This document shows positions 17,403 to 25,756 of a stretch of DNA of 27,262 nucleotides, in pieces. Numbering within the stretch: position 1 is the stretch's first letter; each line of letters begins with the position of its first letter. Under the pieces are notes generated by a model, which ran no database searches, was not told the DNA's origin, and saw only the letters and a list, made by a program, of their open reading frames with translations. The position numbers and the translations under genes are program-made. Source of the stretch: an uncultured Muribaculaceae bacterium (lineage in GTDB: Bacteria; Bacillota_I; Bacilli_A; RF39; UBA660); NCBI GenBank assembly GCA_964549325.1, contig CAZJUW010000001.1, positions 1 to 27,262 of the forward strand. The letters are read 5' to 3'.

Positions 17403-18065
17403 ATGATTGGCAATAGTTGGGATTTACAATTACAAGAGGAATTTCGCAAAGATTACTTTCAAGCGTTAATCAAAAAAGTAAAAGATGCCTATCAGACGAA
17501 GACAATTTTTCCAAAAGAGACGGAAGTATTCAATGCTTTTCGCTATACTCCTTATGAAAAAGTAAAAGTCGTGATCTTAGGACAAGATCCTTATCATGGA
17601 GTAGGGCAAGCACAAGGATTGTCCTTTTCCGTGAGGGACACTGTTACAAGACCTCCTTCGCTTCAAAATATCTTCAAAGAATTACAGAATGATTTAGGAT
17701 ATGCAATTCCAAAGAGTAACAGTCTCATTCCCTGGGCTGAAGAGGGCGTGCTACTACTAAATTCGGTCTTAACTGTAGAAAAAGATAAAGCTGCTTCCCA
17801 TAAGGATTTCGGTTGGGAGCAATTTACTGATGAAGTGATCAGTCTACTAAATGAAAAGAAAACGCCCATTGTATTTATTCTTTGGGGAAGCTTTGCTCGG
17901 AGCAAGAAACAGCTAATTACAAACCCAATTCACAAAGTAATTGAGTCCGCGCATCCATCTCCTTTGTCTGCTTATCATGGATTCTTCGGTAGTCGTCCTT
18001 TTTCTAAGACAAATGCCTTCTTAGAAGAAAATGGCATCACTCCCATTCATTGGCAAATAAAATAG
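17403..18065 (+). CDS. ung: Uracil-DNA glycosylase, family 1
   Basis: GQDPYH, PPSLQNI, GVLLLN, HPSPLS. Confidence 0.98.
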   Translation: MIGNSWDLQLQEEFRKDYFQALIKKVKDAYQTKTIFPKETEVFNAFRYTPYEKVKVVILGQDPYHGVGQAQGLSFSVRDTVTRPPSLQNIFKELQNDLGYAIPKSNSLIPWAEEGVLLLNSVLTVEKDKAASHKDFGWEQFTDEVISLLNEKKTPIVFILWGSFARSKKQLITNPIHKVIESAHPSPLSAYHGFFGSRPFSKTNAFLEENGITPIHWQIK

Positions 18066-18086
18066 CAAGTCTCTCCTTGCTATTTT
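18059..18086. terminator. Bidirectional terminator between ung and lemA-like gene
   Basis: Perfect 11-bp stem AAAATAGCAAG/CTTGCTATTTT with a 6-nt loop; A/T runs on both sides. Confidence 0.85.
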
Positions 18087-18616
18087 TTTAGTATTTCAAA
18101 ATCTTCTAATTTTACTTGTTGATATAATTGTTTTTCCGCTAGATGAAGCAACTTTCTCGTAATAGAATGTGGAAATTTTTGTGTCAATTCCTGATATTCT
18201 CTTACGTTGTGATTGTAATACTCAATGCATCCTAAAAGCTGGCCTTCTGTGTCATCCAAAAAATCTAAAACGGTCTTTAATTGTTTAATATTCTCGAGAT
18301 CTTCGTGTTCCTCCAGGATCAGTTTTACTTCGTGTTTTAAAATGCCAAGGTAGCGGAATAATTCAAAGTTATTTGGTTGTTTTTCTTTTAGTTCATCCAA
18401 TTTTTCTAGCCGTTTTACCTCTTCCGGATGATTTTCTTCAACGAATGGAACTACTCTTACAAGAAGATCTAGTTTCTTGTCTAAAAGTTCCTCAATTTCA
18501 TGTTCTACTTTAGAGAATTTCGTCAAGAAAAAGTCATATTTCCGCTTACTTTCTAAGAATATTATGAGTAGTATTACTATGAGAAGCACCAAAGCACCGA
18601 CGATGAAATAGATCAT
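18080..18616 (-). CDS. LemA-like membrane protein
   Basis: Single N-terminal TM, helical body, and YYNHNVREYQ...FPHSI resembling the LemA YN..V..YN....FP pattern. Confidence 0.7.
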   Translation of the reverse strand: MIYFIVGALVLLIVILLIIFLESKRKYDFFLTKFSKVEHEIEELLDKKLDLLVRVVPFVEENHPEEVKRLEKLDELKEKQPNNFELFRYLGILKHEVKLILEEHEDLENIKQLKTVLDFLDDTEGQLLGCIEYYNHNVREYQELTQKFPHSITRKLLHLAEKQLYQQVKLEDFEILKK

Positions 18617-18640
18617 CTTACCACATCCTATTCTAGAGGT

Positions 18641-18669
18641 ATTGTATCAAATTTTAAAAAGACAGGCAA
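18641..18669 (-). promoter_or_regulatory. SigA-type promoter for lemA-like gene
   Basis: Minus strand TTGCCT-17 nt-TACAAT with TG extension. Confidence 0.6.
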
Positions 18670-18793
18670 CGAAAACTATTCTGCCAAAATGATAAGTTCA
18701 AATGGATACTATCACAAAATAGAAAAGCTACATATCATGAACCAAGAATAGGAGTAAGAATATGGACAAGAAAAATAAGCCAAAAGGGAAACT

Positions 18794-19141
18794 TTAACGG
18801 TTAAGGGGCTCATCGAATTCCACAAAATTCAAATAGATTGCCCATAGAATTGTCCACTTCCCCGTATCTTGGTTGTGTAATAGTACATAATCTTGCCCTG
18901 CTTCCTCGATAATTCCAGTAAAAATTCTATCACGCCATTCGATAGAATCAGAATAGGACATGTAGAATGTTGCTCGCTTTCCAATATTTTTTTGTAGCAA
19001 GTTTTCCGCATATTCTGGTTGACTAGGAGTTGGTTGCGATGGTATCGTCATTTGACCTTGCGCTTGATTTGGTAAAAAGTTTTGGTAAGGAGGTTGGGTT
19101 CCTTCCTGATAGTAGGGCATATACAGATTGTTATTATTCAT
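18794..19141 (-). CDS. gerQ: Spore coat protein GerQ
   Basis: Q/P-rich N-terminus then EYAENLLQKNIGKRATFYM...FTGIIEEAGQD...TGK...IYLNFVEFDE; SD AAAGGAAG supports ATG 19141 rather than 19282. Confidence 0.9.
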   Translation of the reverse strand: MNNNNLYMPYYQEGTQPPYQNFLPNQAQGQMTIPSQPTPSQPEYAENLLQKNIGKRATFYMSYSDSIEWRDRIFTGIIEEAGQDYVLLHNQDTGKWTILWAIYLNFVEFDEPLNR

Positions 19142-19167
19142 ATGATCTTCCTTTCTCAATACAGTAA

Positions 19168-19194
19168 AGTGTATGAAGAGAAGAGAAAATATAT
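19168..19194 (-). promoter_or_regulatory. SigE-type sporulation promoter for gerQ
   Basis: Minus strand ATA-16 nt-CATACACT, matching the SigE consensus; gerQ is SigE-controlled in B. subtilis. Confidence 0.7.
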
Positions 19195-19243
19195 TTCTAA
19201 AACTGAAAAATTTTGATAGGATAAATAACAGAGGAGGGATTCC

Positions 19244-19804
19244 ATGAAAATACGCATAGGCGTTTCCAATCATCATGTTCATTTAACAGAAGACGATTAT
19301 CATATTCTCTTTGGGAAAGAACCTTTAGAAAAATTAAGGGATCTTTCACAGGAAGGGCAATATGCTTGTCATCAGACAGTATCCGTAAAAACAGAAAAAA
19401 GTGAATTATCAAAGCTTCGGATCATAGGGCCTTTTCGAAGTTACACCCAAGTAGAAGTGTCCTTAACCGATGCTTATCAATTAGGAATTCATCCGCCGAC
19501 ACGTGATTCTGGAGATCTAAGAGATGCTTCCACGGTAACAATTATAGGACCACAAGGATCGGTTACACGGGCTTGTGCAATTCTAGCAACAAGACACATT
19601 CATCTTAGTCCTTGGGAATTAGCGACGTTAGGATGCGACAAAGAGGAGGAAGTCTCTGTCAAAATTCCTGGTCCAAAAGGTGGAACGATCGACCATGTCG
19701 TCTTTAAAGTAGATCCTACCTACAAGATGGAACTACATATCGATACAGACGATGGAAATGCCCACCAAGTCAAAACGGGAGATGAAGGAGAAATTCTGCG
19801 ATAG
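19244..19804 (+). CDS. pduL: PduL/EutD-type phosphate acyltransferase
   Basis: SNHHVHL, LSQEGQYA, IIGPFRSYTQVEVS, RDSGDL, RHIHLSP, LHIDTDD. Confidence 0.92.
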   Translation: MKIRIGVSNHHVHLTEDDYHILFGKEPLEKLRDLSQEGQYACHQTVSVKTEKSELSKLRIIGPFRSYTQVEVSLTDAYQLGIHPPTRDSGDLRDASTVTIIGPQGSVTRACAILATRHIHLSPWELATLGCDKEEEVSVKIPGPKGGTIDHVVFKVDPTYKMELHIDTDDGNAHQVKTGDEGEILR

Positions 19805-19814
19805 GAAAAGAGTA

Positions 19815-21773
19815 TTAGTTAGACTCCTTTGAAATTTCATCAAAAACAGGATCATCCAACGAAGGTTCTGTACCTTTTACAAAGTACATGACCTTTTTTT
19901 TGTCGGTATCTGTTGTCGCTGGTTTTCCAGAAATCGGGTCTACGACAACCGCGACGACATTTTCGGGTTGAGCATACCATTCATCTTTTTTATCCTGTTC
20001 ATAAGCTTCAATCGTCTTTAGCCAAATTTGTTGTGTGTATTTTGTTTCTTGTGTCCCGACTGCTTGATTATCGTCATAGCCAACCCAAACAGAAGTTACA
20101 ATATTATTATTGTAGCCAATGTACCAACTATCCGTGTTTGTCGTTCCAGACTTTAGCGCATACTTATGTGTCATTTGAGCTGCGAGATTGATCGCGGTTG
20201 GGTAATTATAGTCAATAAAAGAAGAATCATAAGTAGCTGTCAACATATTGTTTAGAATATATGTCAAATTTTCATTTAGAACTGTTTCTAACTCTGGTTC
20301 TGCCTCATAGAGAACGTTACCATCAGCGTCTTCTATTTTTGTGATGAAATAGGGTTTCACCTTGCTTCCTTCATTTGCAAAGGCAGCATATCCCGCGGTC
20401 ATTTCGATAATTCCAATTTCTCCTGTTCCTAGAGCGAGTGAAGGGACGGGCTCTAATTCTGCTGTAATACCTACTCGTTTTGCCATGTTCACAAGGACAT
20501 CTTCTCCTAAGAACATATGAGTCTTTACGGCATAGATATTATCTGAGTAAGCGATGGCTGTTGCCATAGAGATCGGTTTATTTCCATACTTCTCATTATA
20601 GTTTTGAGGTGCATAAGTCTTATTGTCCGAGAAATTGAAGACCGTTTGTTCGCTCGTAAATGTCGTACTGGAAGTAAAGCCGTTCTCTAAGGCTGCATAG
20701 TACAGATATGGCTTCATGGTGGATCCAACTTGTCGCTTTGCTTGTGTTGCCCGATTGAATTGAGATTTATTGTAATCTGTACCACCCGCTAAGGCAATGA
20801 CTTTTCCAGTATTAGGATCCATCATTACGCTTGCTACTTGAACTTCACTGTCTTCTGGAATCGTCTCAGCGATATGATTCTCAAGAGCCGTTTGGGCTGC
20901 AAGATCTAAATTGGTATAGATCTTGAGTCCACCAGTATCAAGATAAGAACTTGGAATGGACTGGATTGACTTCAACTCATCTAAGACAGCATCCTGATAG
21001 TACATAATCGTCGACAAATTGATGAGTTCTTTTTTTCCAACATAGGTCAACTCTTCTTTTAAAGCAGCATCCATCTCTTCCTGTGTGATGTACTTATTCT
21101 TCACCATCATTTCCAGAATCATCTTCTGTCTGTTTTTGGCAATTTCTTCATTGACGAGAGGAGAATAGTTACTGGGGGACTTTGGAATCCCTGTGAGCAT
21201 ACTCGCTTCGGCAAGATCTAGTTCACTGGCACTCTTATTAAAGTAAAACTGACTTGCATTTTCAATTCCATACATGCCATGGCCATAGTTGATTGTATTT
21301 AGATACCCTTCTAAAATTTCTTCTTTGGAATAATGAGCCTCAAGTTCAATCGTAAGCCACATCTCATCCCATTTTCGTTTCCATGTCTTATCAAAGTCCA
21401 AAAACAGATTTTTTGCATATTGTTGCGAAATGGTAGAGGCGCCTTGGGATTTACTTCGCGTGGTGATGTTGACGTAGCTAGCCTTTAAAATGCGCAGAAA
21501 GTCAAATCCCTTATGTTTATAAAAGTTTTTATCTTCCGTCGAAATTGTCGCATCTATCATATATTTGGAAATCTTATCTAAGTCGATCCATTCTTTTGCC
21601 CCAGATCCCTGATAAAATACCTTTTCCTGGTTATCATATAATGAAAAGCTGTTGGCACTCTTGATCTGTAATTTTGGTGTAATCAACGCATAAGTATATA
21701 CAGCAACATTTCCCAAAAAGAAAACAGCTACTAAGATGACAAGCCATTTGATCGTTTTTTTGAGTATCTTCAT
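19815..21773 (-). CDS. Class A penicillin-binding protein (PBP1A family, PbpG/YwhE-like by position)
   Basis: TM anchor; transglycosylase EDKNFY, GASTISQQYAKNLF; transpeptidase STMK, SDN, KSGT. Confidence 0.92.
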   Translation of the reverse strand: MKILKKTIKWLVILVAVFFLGNVAVYTYALITPKLQIKSANSFSLYDNQEKVFYQGSGAKEWIDLDKISKYMIDATISTEDKNFYKHKGFDFLRILKASYVNITTRSKSQGASTISQQYAKNLFLDFDKTWKRKWDEMWLTIELEAHYSKEEILEGYLNTINYGHGMYGIENASQFYFNKSASELDLAEASMLTGIPKSPSNYSPLVNEEIAKNRQKMILEMMVKNKYITQEEMDAALKEELTYVGKKELINLSTIMYYQDAVLDELKSIQSIPSSYLDTGGLKIYTNLDLAAQTALENHIAETIPEDSEVQVASVMMDPNTGKVIALAGGTDYNKSQFNRATQAKRQVGSTMKPYLYYAALENGFTSSTTFTSEQTVFNFSDNKTYAPQNYNEKYGNKPISMATAIAYSDNIYAVKTHMFLGEDVLVNMAKRVGITAELEPVPSLALGTGEIGIIEMTAGYAAFANEGSKVKPYFITKIEDADGNVLYEAEPELETVLNENLTYILNNMLTATYDSSFIDYNYPTAINLAAQMTHKYALKSGTTNTDSWYIGYNNNIVTSVWVGYDDNQAVGTQETKYTQQIWLKTIEAYEQDKKDEWYAQPENVVAVVVDPISGKPATTDTDKKKVMYFVKGTEPSLDDPVFDEISKESN

Positions 21774-21795
21774 ACGAAAACCAACCTTTCAAAAC

Positions 21796-21824
21796 TAGTA
21801 TGAAAAATAAACTTTAAAATATGT
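21796..21824 (-). promoter_or_regulatory. Sporulation-sigma (SigG/SigF- or SigE-like) promoter for the PBP gene
   Basis: Minus strand ACATA-17 nt-CATACTA. Confidence 0.5.
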
Positions 21825-21844
21825 ATTCCAATTCTTAACAGGTA

Positions 21845-21853
21845 TGTTATAAT
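21845..21853 (+). promoter_or_regulatory. Extended -10 SigA promoter for DUF1934-argS-rpoE
   Basis: TG-T-TATAAT. Confidence 0.6.
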
Positions 21854-21881
21854 GCACAGTAGATTTAGGAAGGAAAGAACT

Positions 21882-22250
21882 ATGGCAAAGTGCAAAATAT
21901 CAGGATTTATCAGGCAAAATAACGAGGTTACGAAGATTTCTTCCCTTGGCATGTATGCTTCTTGCGATCGCACTTTGAAATGGAAAGAAAATGAGACACA
22001 GTACTTCTTAAATTTTAAAAAAAACACCTTGCGAAAAGAAGATGCAAATTCTATCGTGACGTTAACGTGGGATGACAAAGCACATACGGTGGGAACGTAT
22101 TCTTTAAAAGAAATCAATAAAGATGCTCATCTTTCGATCGTTACGAAAACACTTACGATGAATGAAACATGCTTTTCGGTAGAATATTACTTATTAGGCG
22201 ATGAAGATGCCAAAATCAACTTTGAGGTTGCATGGGAGGAAGTAGAATGA
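21882..22250 (+). CDS. DUF1934/YwiB-like protein
   Basis: Beta-strand-rich small protein, ATGA-coupled to argS as ywiB-argS is arranged in Bacilli; assignment mostly by synteny. Confidence 0.6.
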   Translation: MAKCKISGFIRQNNEVTKISSLGMYASCDRTLKWKENETQYFLNFKKNTLRKEDANSIVTLTWDDKAHTVGTYSLKEINKDAHLSIVTKTLTMNETCFSVEYYLLGDEDAKINFEVAWEEVE

Positions 22251-23863
22251 AAGAAAACATCCAACAGGCCTTACAGGAAACACTAAAAAAACAGAACATC
22301 GATTATGAAGAAGAGATCTTAATCGAGGTTCCAAAAGAAAAAGCGAATGGTGATTTTGCCACGAATATAGCGATGAAGCTAGCTAATATACTTCATCAAA
22401 GCCCAAGGGCCATTGCAGAGCGTATCGTAGCAGATTTGCCCAAAGAACGGTTTACGAAAGTAGAGATTGCAGGACCTGGGTTCATCAACTTTTTTGTGGA
22501 TAAAAGATATCTGTTGCAGTTGATCCCACGTATCGTTATGGCAAAAGAGACATACGGTTCCAGTGACATTGGTCTTGGGAAAAAGATTGACTTGGAGTAC
22601 GTCAGTGCCAATCCAACAGGAATCTTACATTTAGGTCACGCACGTGGTGCAGCCTATGGAGATAGTATGGCCAGAATTCTCACATTTGCAGGATATGATG
22701 TCACGCGAGAATATTACATCAACGATGGTGGAAACCAGATGAACAACTTAGGCATTTCCATAAGAGCTCGTTATCGCAATTTATGTGGAATTGCAGAAGA
22801 ACTCCCAGAGAATGGGTACCATGGGAAAGAAATCATTGAAATTGCAAAACAACTTTATGAAGAATATCAAGATCATGTTGTTGATAATGACATTGCCTTT
22901 TTCCGTCAGTATGGACTAAATATTTTACTAGATGTTATCAAAAAGGATTTAAATGATTTTCATGTGGACTTCGATGTCTGGACGAGTGAAGCGAAGTTAT
23001 ATCAGGATGGACTCGTCGCAAAGACTTTAGAAACGCTGAAAGAAAAGGGAGTTACTTATACGCAAGATGGTGCTTTATATTTAAAAACTACTGACTATGG
23101 TGATGAAAAGGATCGGGTCTTGGTTAAGACGGATGGCACGAATACTTATCTACTTCCTGATATTGCAAACCATGTCAACAAATACAAGCGTGGATTTGAT
23201 GAGTTGATCGATATCTTTGGCGCTGATCACCATGGTTACATTGCTAGGCTAAAAGCATCCGTCACCTTCATGGGTTATGATCCTGAGAAGTTGAATATCA
23301 AAATCCTTCAGATGGTACGTCTTATGAAAGATGGCCAAGAAGTAAAGATGAGTAAACGTACAGGGAATGCTGTTACAATTCGGGAACTGATGGATGAAGT
23401 AGGAACTGATGTCATTCGTTATTTCTTCGTTTCTCATAGTCTAGATAGTCAAATAGATTTCGATTTAGACCTCGCTTTGAAACAATCTAGTGAAAACCCT
23501 GTTTACTATATCAATTATGCTCATGCGAGAATTTGTTCTATTTTAAAAGATCATGCGGATCGATTAGAGCTAAATCGGACGAATTTCCAAACCATTACAT
23601 CACCACATGCATATCATGTATTAGAAAAAATGGAACAATTCCAGGAAGTTGTTGAACGATCAGCACTTCGGCGAGAAGTTCATCCCATTACAAACTATGC
23701 TTATGAGTTAGCAACACTCTTTCATTCGTATTATGCGAATGAACAGATCGTAACAGATGACGTTGAAAAGACGAAAGATCGACTCTGCTTTATCCAAGCA
23801 GTAGAAATCGTATTAAAAAACGCCCTGAAACTGATTGGGGTCGATGCTTATGAAAAGATGTAG
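22247..23863 (+). CDS. argS: Arginine--tRNA ligase
   Basis: GDFATNIAM, AGPGFIN, EYVSANPTG, HLGH, GADHHGY, KMSKR, YINYAHARI; SD GGAGG before ATG 22247. Confidence 0.99.
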   Translation: MKENIQQALQETLKKQNIDYEEEILIEVPKEKANGDFATNIAMKLANILHQSPRAIAERIVADLPKERFTKVEIAGPGFINFFVDKRYLLQLIPRIVMAKETYGSSDIGLGKKIDLEYVSANPTGILHLGHARGAAYGDSMARILTFAGYDVTREYYINDGGNQMNNLGISIRARYRNLCGIAEELPENGYHGKEIIEIAKQLYEEYQDHVVDNDIAFFRQYGLNILLDVIKKDLNDFHVDFDVWTSEAKLYQDGLVAKTLETLKEKGVTYTQDGALYLKTTDYGDEKDRVLVKTDGTNTYLLPDIANHVNKYKRGFDELIDIFGADHHGYIARLKASVTFMGYDPEKLNIKILQMVRLMKDGQEVKMSKRTGNAVTIRELMDEVGTDVIRYFFVSHSLDSQIDFDLDLALKQSSENPVYYINYAHARICSILKDHADRLELNRTNFQTITSPHAYHVLEKMEQFQEVVERSALRREVHPITNYAYELATLFHSYYANEQIVTDDVEKTKDRLCFIQAVEIVLKNALKLIGVDAYEKM

Positions 23864-23872
23864 GAGGACAAT

Positions 23873-24316
23873 ATGAAATTAGAAAAGATGAAAAAAGAAG
23901 AATTAGAACTCCTTTCGAACAAGGACATCACAAATCTATTATTAACAGAACGAGGAAAGATGAATACTGCTGAGATCTTTCAGGAGATCATTCGTTTATT
24001 AGAATTACCAAAAAGTACTTTTGAAAACAAGATTGGTGATTTCTATACCTCTTTGACGACAGATAAGCGTTTCGTTATGTTAGAAGACGGATTTTGGGAT
24101 TTACGCAGTCGTCATACTTCTGACAAGGTGATTTTAAAGACCGAGGAAGAGGAAGAAGAGGAACTAGAAGATGTGAAAGAAGAGCCTGAGGAAGAAGAAA
24201 AAGAGGCGCTAGAGGATGATTACGACGCGGGTGATGATGATGGTGATTATGATGAACAAGATGATGGCTTAAAAGACTTAGTTGTCATCGATGAAGAGGA
24301 AATGGAACAGGAATAA
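23873..24316 (+). CDS. rpoE: RNA polymerase delta subunit
   Basis: [13 protein letters not shown]...WDLRS core plus long D/E-rich tail; follows argS. Confidence 0.93.
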   Translation: MKLEKMKKEELELLSNKDITNLLLTERGKMNTAEIFQEIIRLLELPKSTFENKIGDFYTSLTTDKRFVMLEDGFWDLRSRHTSDKVILKTEEEEEEELEDVKEEPEEEEKEALEDDYDAGDDDGDYDEQDDGLKDLVVIDEEEMEQE

Positions 24317-24356
24317 CTGTTTCATTTTTGTTATTTTCCTGCCTGACGATCTTTGG

Positions 24357-24386
24357 TTGCATGACTATTTTGGCATATGATATAAT
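24357..24386 (+). promoter_or_regulatory. SigA-type promoter for prfA operon
   Basis: TTGCAT-18 nt-TATAAT with TG extension at 24378-24379; SD GAGGTG before ATG 24415. Confidence 0.65.
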
Positions 24387-24414
24387 AGGAACACAGAAAC
24401 CGAGAGGTGAACAA

Positions 24415-25482
24415 ATGATAGAACGTTTAGAAATCATGGAAAAGCATTATGTAGAGTTACAAGAGGAACTGACAAAACCAGAAGTTCTTTCGTCTGTAGT
24501 GAAGATGAAAGAGTATTCGAAGGAATTATCCGATATGGAAGAGACGATTACTGTCTTCCGTCAATATAAAAAAGTACTTTCTGACTTAGAGGAAGCAAAA
24601 GAACTTGTGAAAGATCCGGAACTTGGAGAATTTGCCAAAGAAGAGTTAGTGCACTTAGAAGAAGAAAAAGGATCATTAGAGCAAAAGTTAGAGTTCTTAC
24701 TCATCCCTAAGGATCCAAACGATGGCAAGAATGTCATCATGGAAATTAGAGGTGCTGCAGGAGGGGATGAAGCCAATATCTTCGCAGGAGACTTATTCCG
24801 TATGTATACACGTTATGCCGAAAAGAAGGGCTTCCGCTATGAAGTCTATAATGCCATCGATGGTGAGGCGGGCGGCTTTTCGCAAATTGAATTCATGATC
24901 AAAGGAGAGTCAGCTTATCGTACCTTTAAGTACGAAAGTGGTTCGCATCGTGTGCAACGTGTTCCTGTTACAGAGTCCAATGGTAGACTACAGACTTCTA
25001 CAGCGACAGTACTAGTTATGCCAGAAGCAGAAGAAGTGGATGTAGAGATCAATCCCAACGATTTACGAGTAGATATTTATCGCTCGAGTGGGAACGGTGG
25101 GCAAGGAGTCAATACGACTGACAGTGCCGTCCGTATTACTCATATTCCCTCAGGGATTGTCGTCACTTGTCAAAATGAACGAAGTCAGATTCAGAACCGC
25201 GAAAAAGCAATGCAGGTACTAAAGACAAGACTTTATGAAAAGATGGAGGAAGAAAAAGCACAACAGGAAGGCAGTGAACGAAGAAGTAAGATTGGAACAG
25301 GGGATCGGGCTGAAAAAATTCGCACCTACAATTAGCCCCAAAACCGTGTGACTGATCATCGTATTAACTATACGACGAAGAACTTAGACCGCGTGATGGA
25401 TGGCGATTTAGATGATCTTATCAATGCCTTAACGATGGAAGATCAAAAACGAAAATTAGAAGGTGAAACCGATGAAAAATAA
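24415..25482 (+). CDS. prfA: Peptide chain release factor 1, interrupted by in-frame TAG at 25333-25335 (read-through gene, nonsense allele, or sequence error)
   Basis: RF1 motif PVT (RVQRVPVTE) and GGQ. After TAG the same frame reads [32 protein letters not shown]...DEK then TAA TAG, giving a normal-length 355-aa RF1. Confidence 0.95.
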
Positions 25483-25756
25483 TAGTTCAGATTATGTATG
25501 TCTAGAATGTGGTGCAATATATCCACTCCCTAGGTTAAAGCAGATGCCCGATCAATTTGGCAAAAAGGTTCCCCTCTTGTGCCCAACTTGTCAAAAAGAA
25601 ACACTCCACATTAACGTGAAAAATGCCGATGTTTTTTGGAGTAGTGAGCAGTTTGTTCAAGAAGAAGAACGGGTAGGATTAGCAAAGGAAGCATATGAAG
25701 CACTACAAAAGAGTCGTTCTCAAGGATCAAACGATCACGTTACAGTTAGACGATGA
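25472..25756 (+). CDS. Small four-Cys zinc-ribbon protein, bL33-like spacing, with C-terminal extension
   Basis: CLEC-x23-CPTC-x3-TLH; SD AAGGTG at 25460-25465; overlaps the full-length prfA end and the prmC start. Confidence 0.75.
   Translation: MKNNSSDYVCLECGAIYPLPRLKQMPDQFGKKVPLLCPTCQKETLHINVKNADVFWSSEQFVQEEERVGLAKEAYEALQKSRSQGSNDHVTVRR

Noticed and set aside
18737-18751. Mini-ORF MNQE matching the first four residues of Noc
   Set aside because: Four codons, no SD, different codons; coincidence.
19805-19814. Bidirectional terminator between pduL and the PBP gene
   Set aside because: Only a weak GAGT/ACTC stem; not enough to call.
22495-22503. Perfect DnaA box TGTGGATAA
   Set aside because: Single copy inside argS, explained by codons for FVDK; no cluster.
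25333-25335. Genome-wide reassignment of TAG to an amino acid (RF1 dispensable)
   Set aside because: TAG sits at conserved C-termini of ychF, rplI, rlmH and argS, and no other gene in the window has an internal TAG.
25320-25345. prfB-style +1 frameshift at the prfA stop
   Set aside because: The conserved sequence continues in frame 0, and there is no CTT-stop slippery site or adjacent internal SD.
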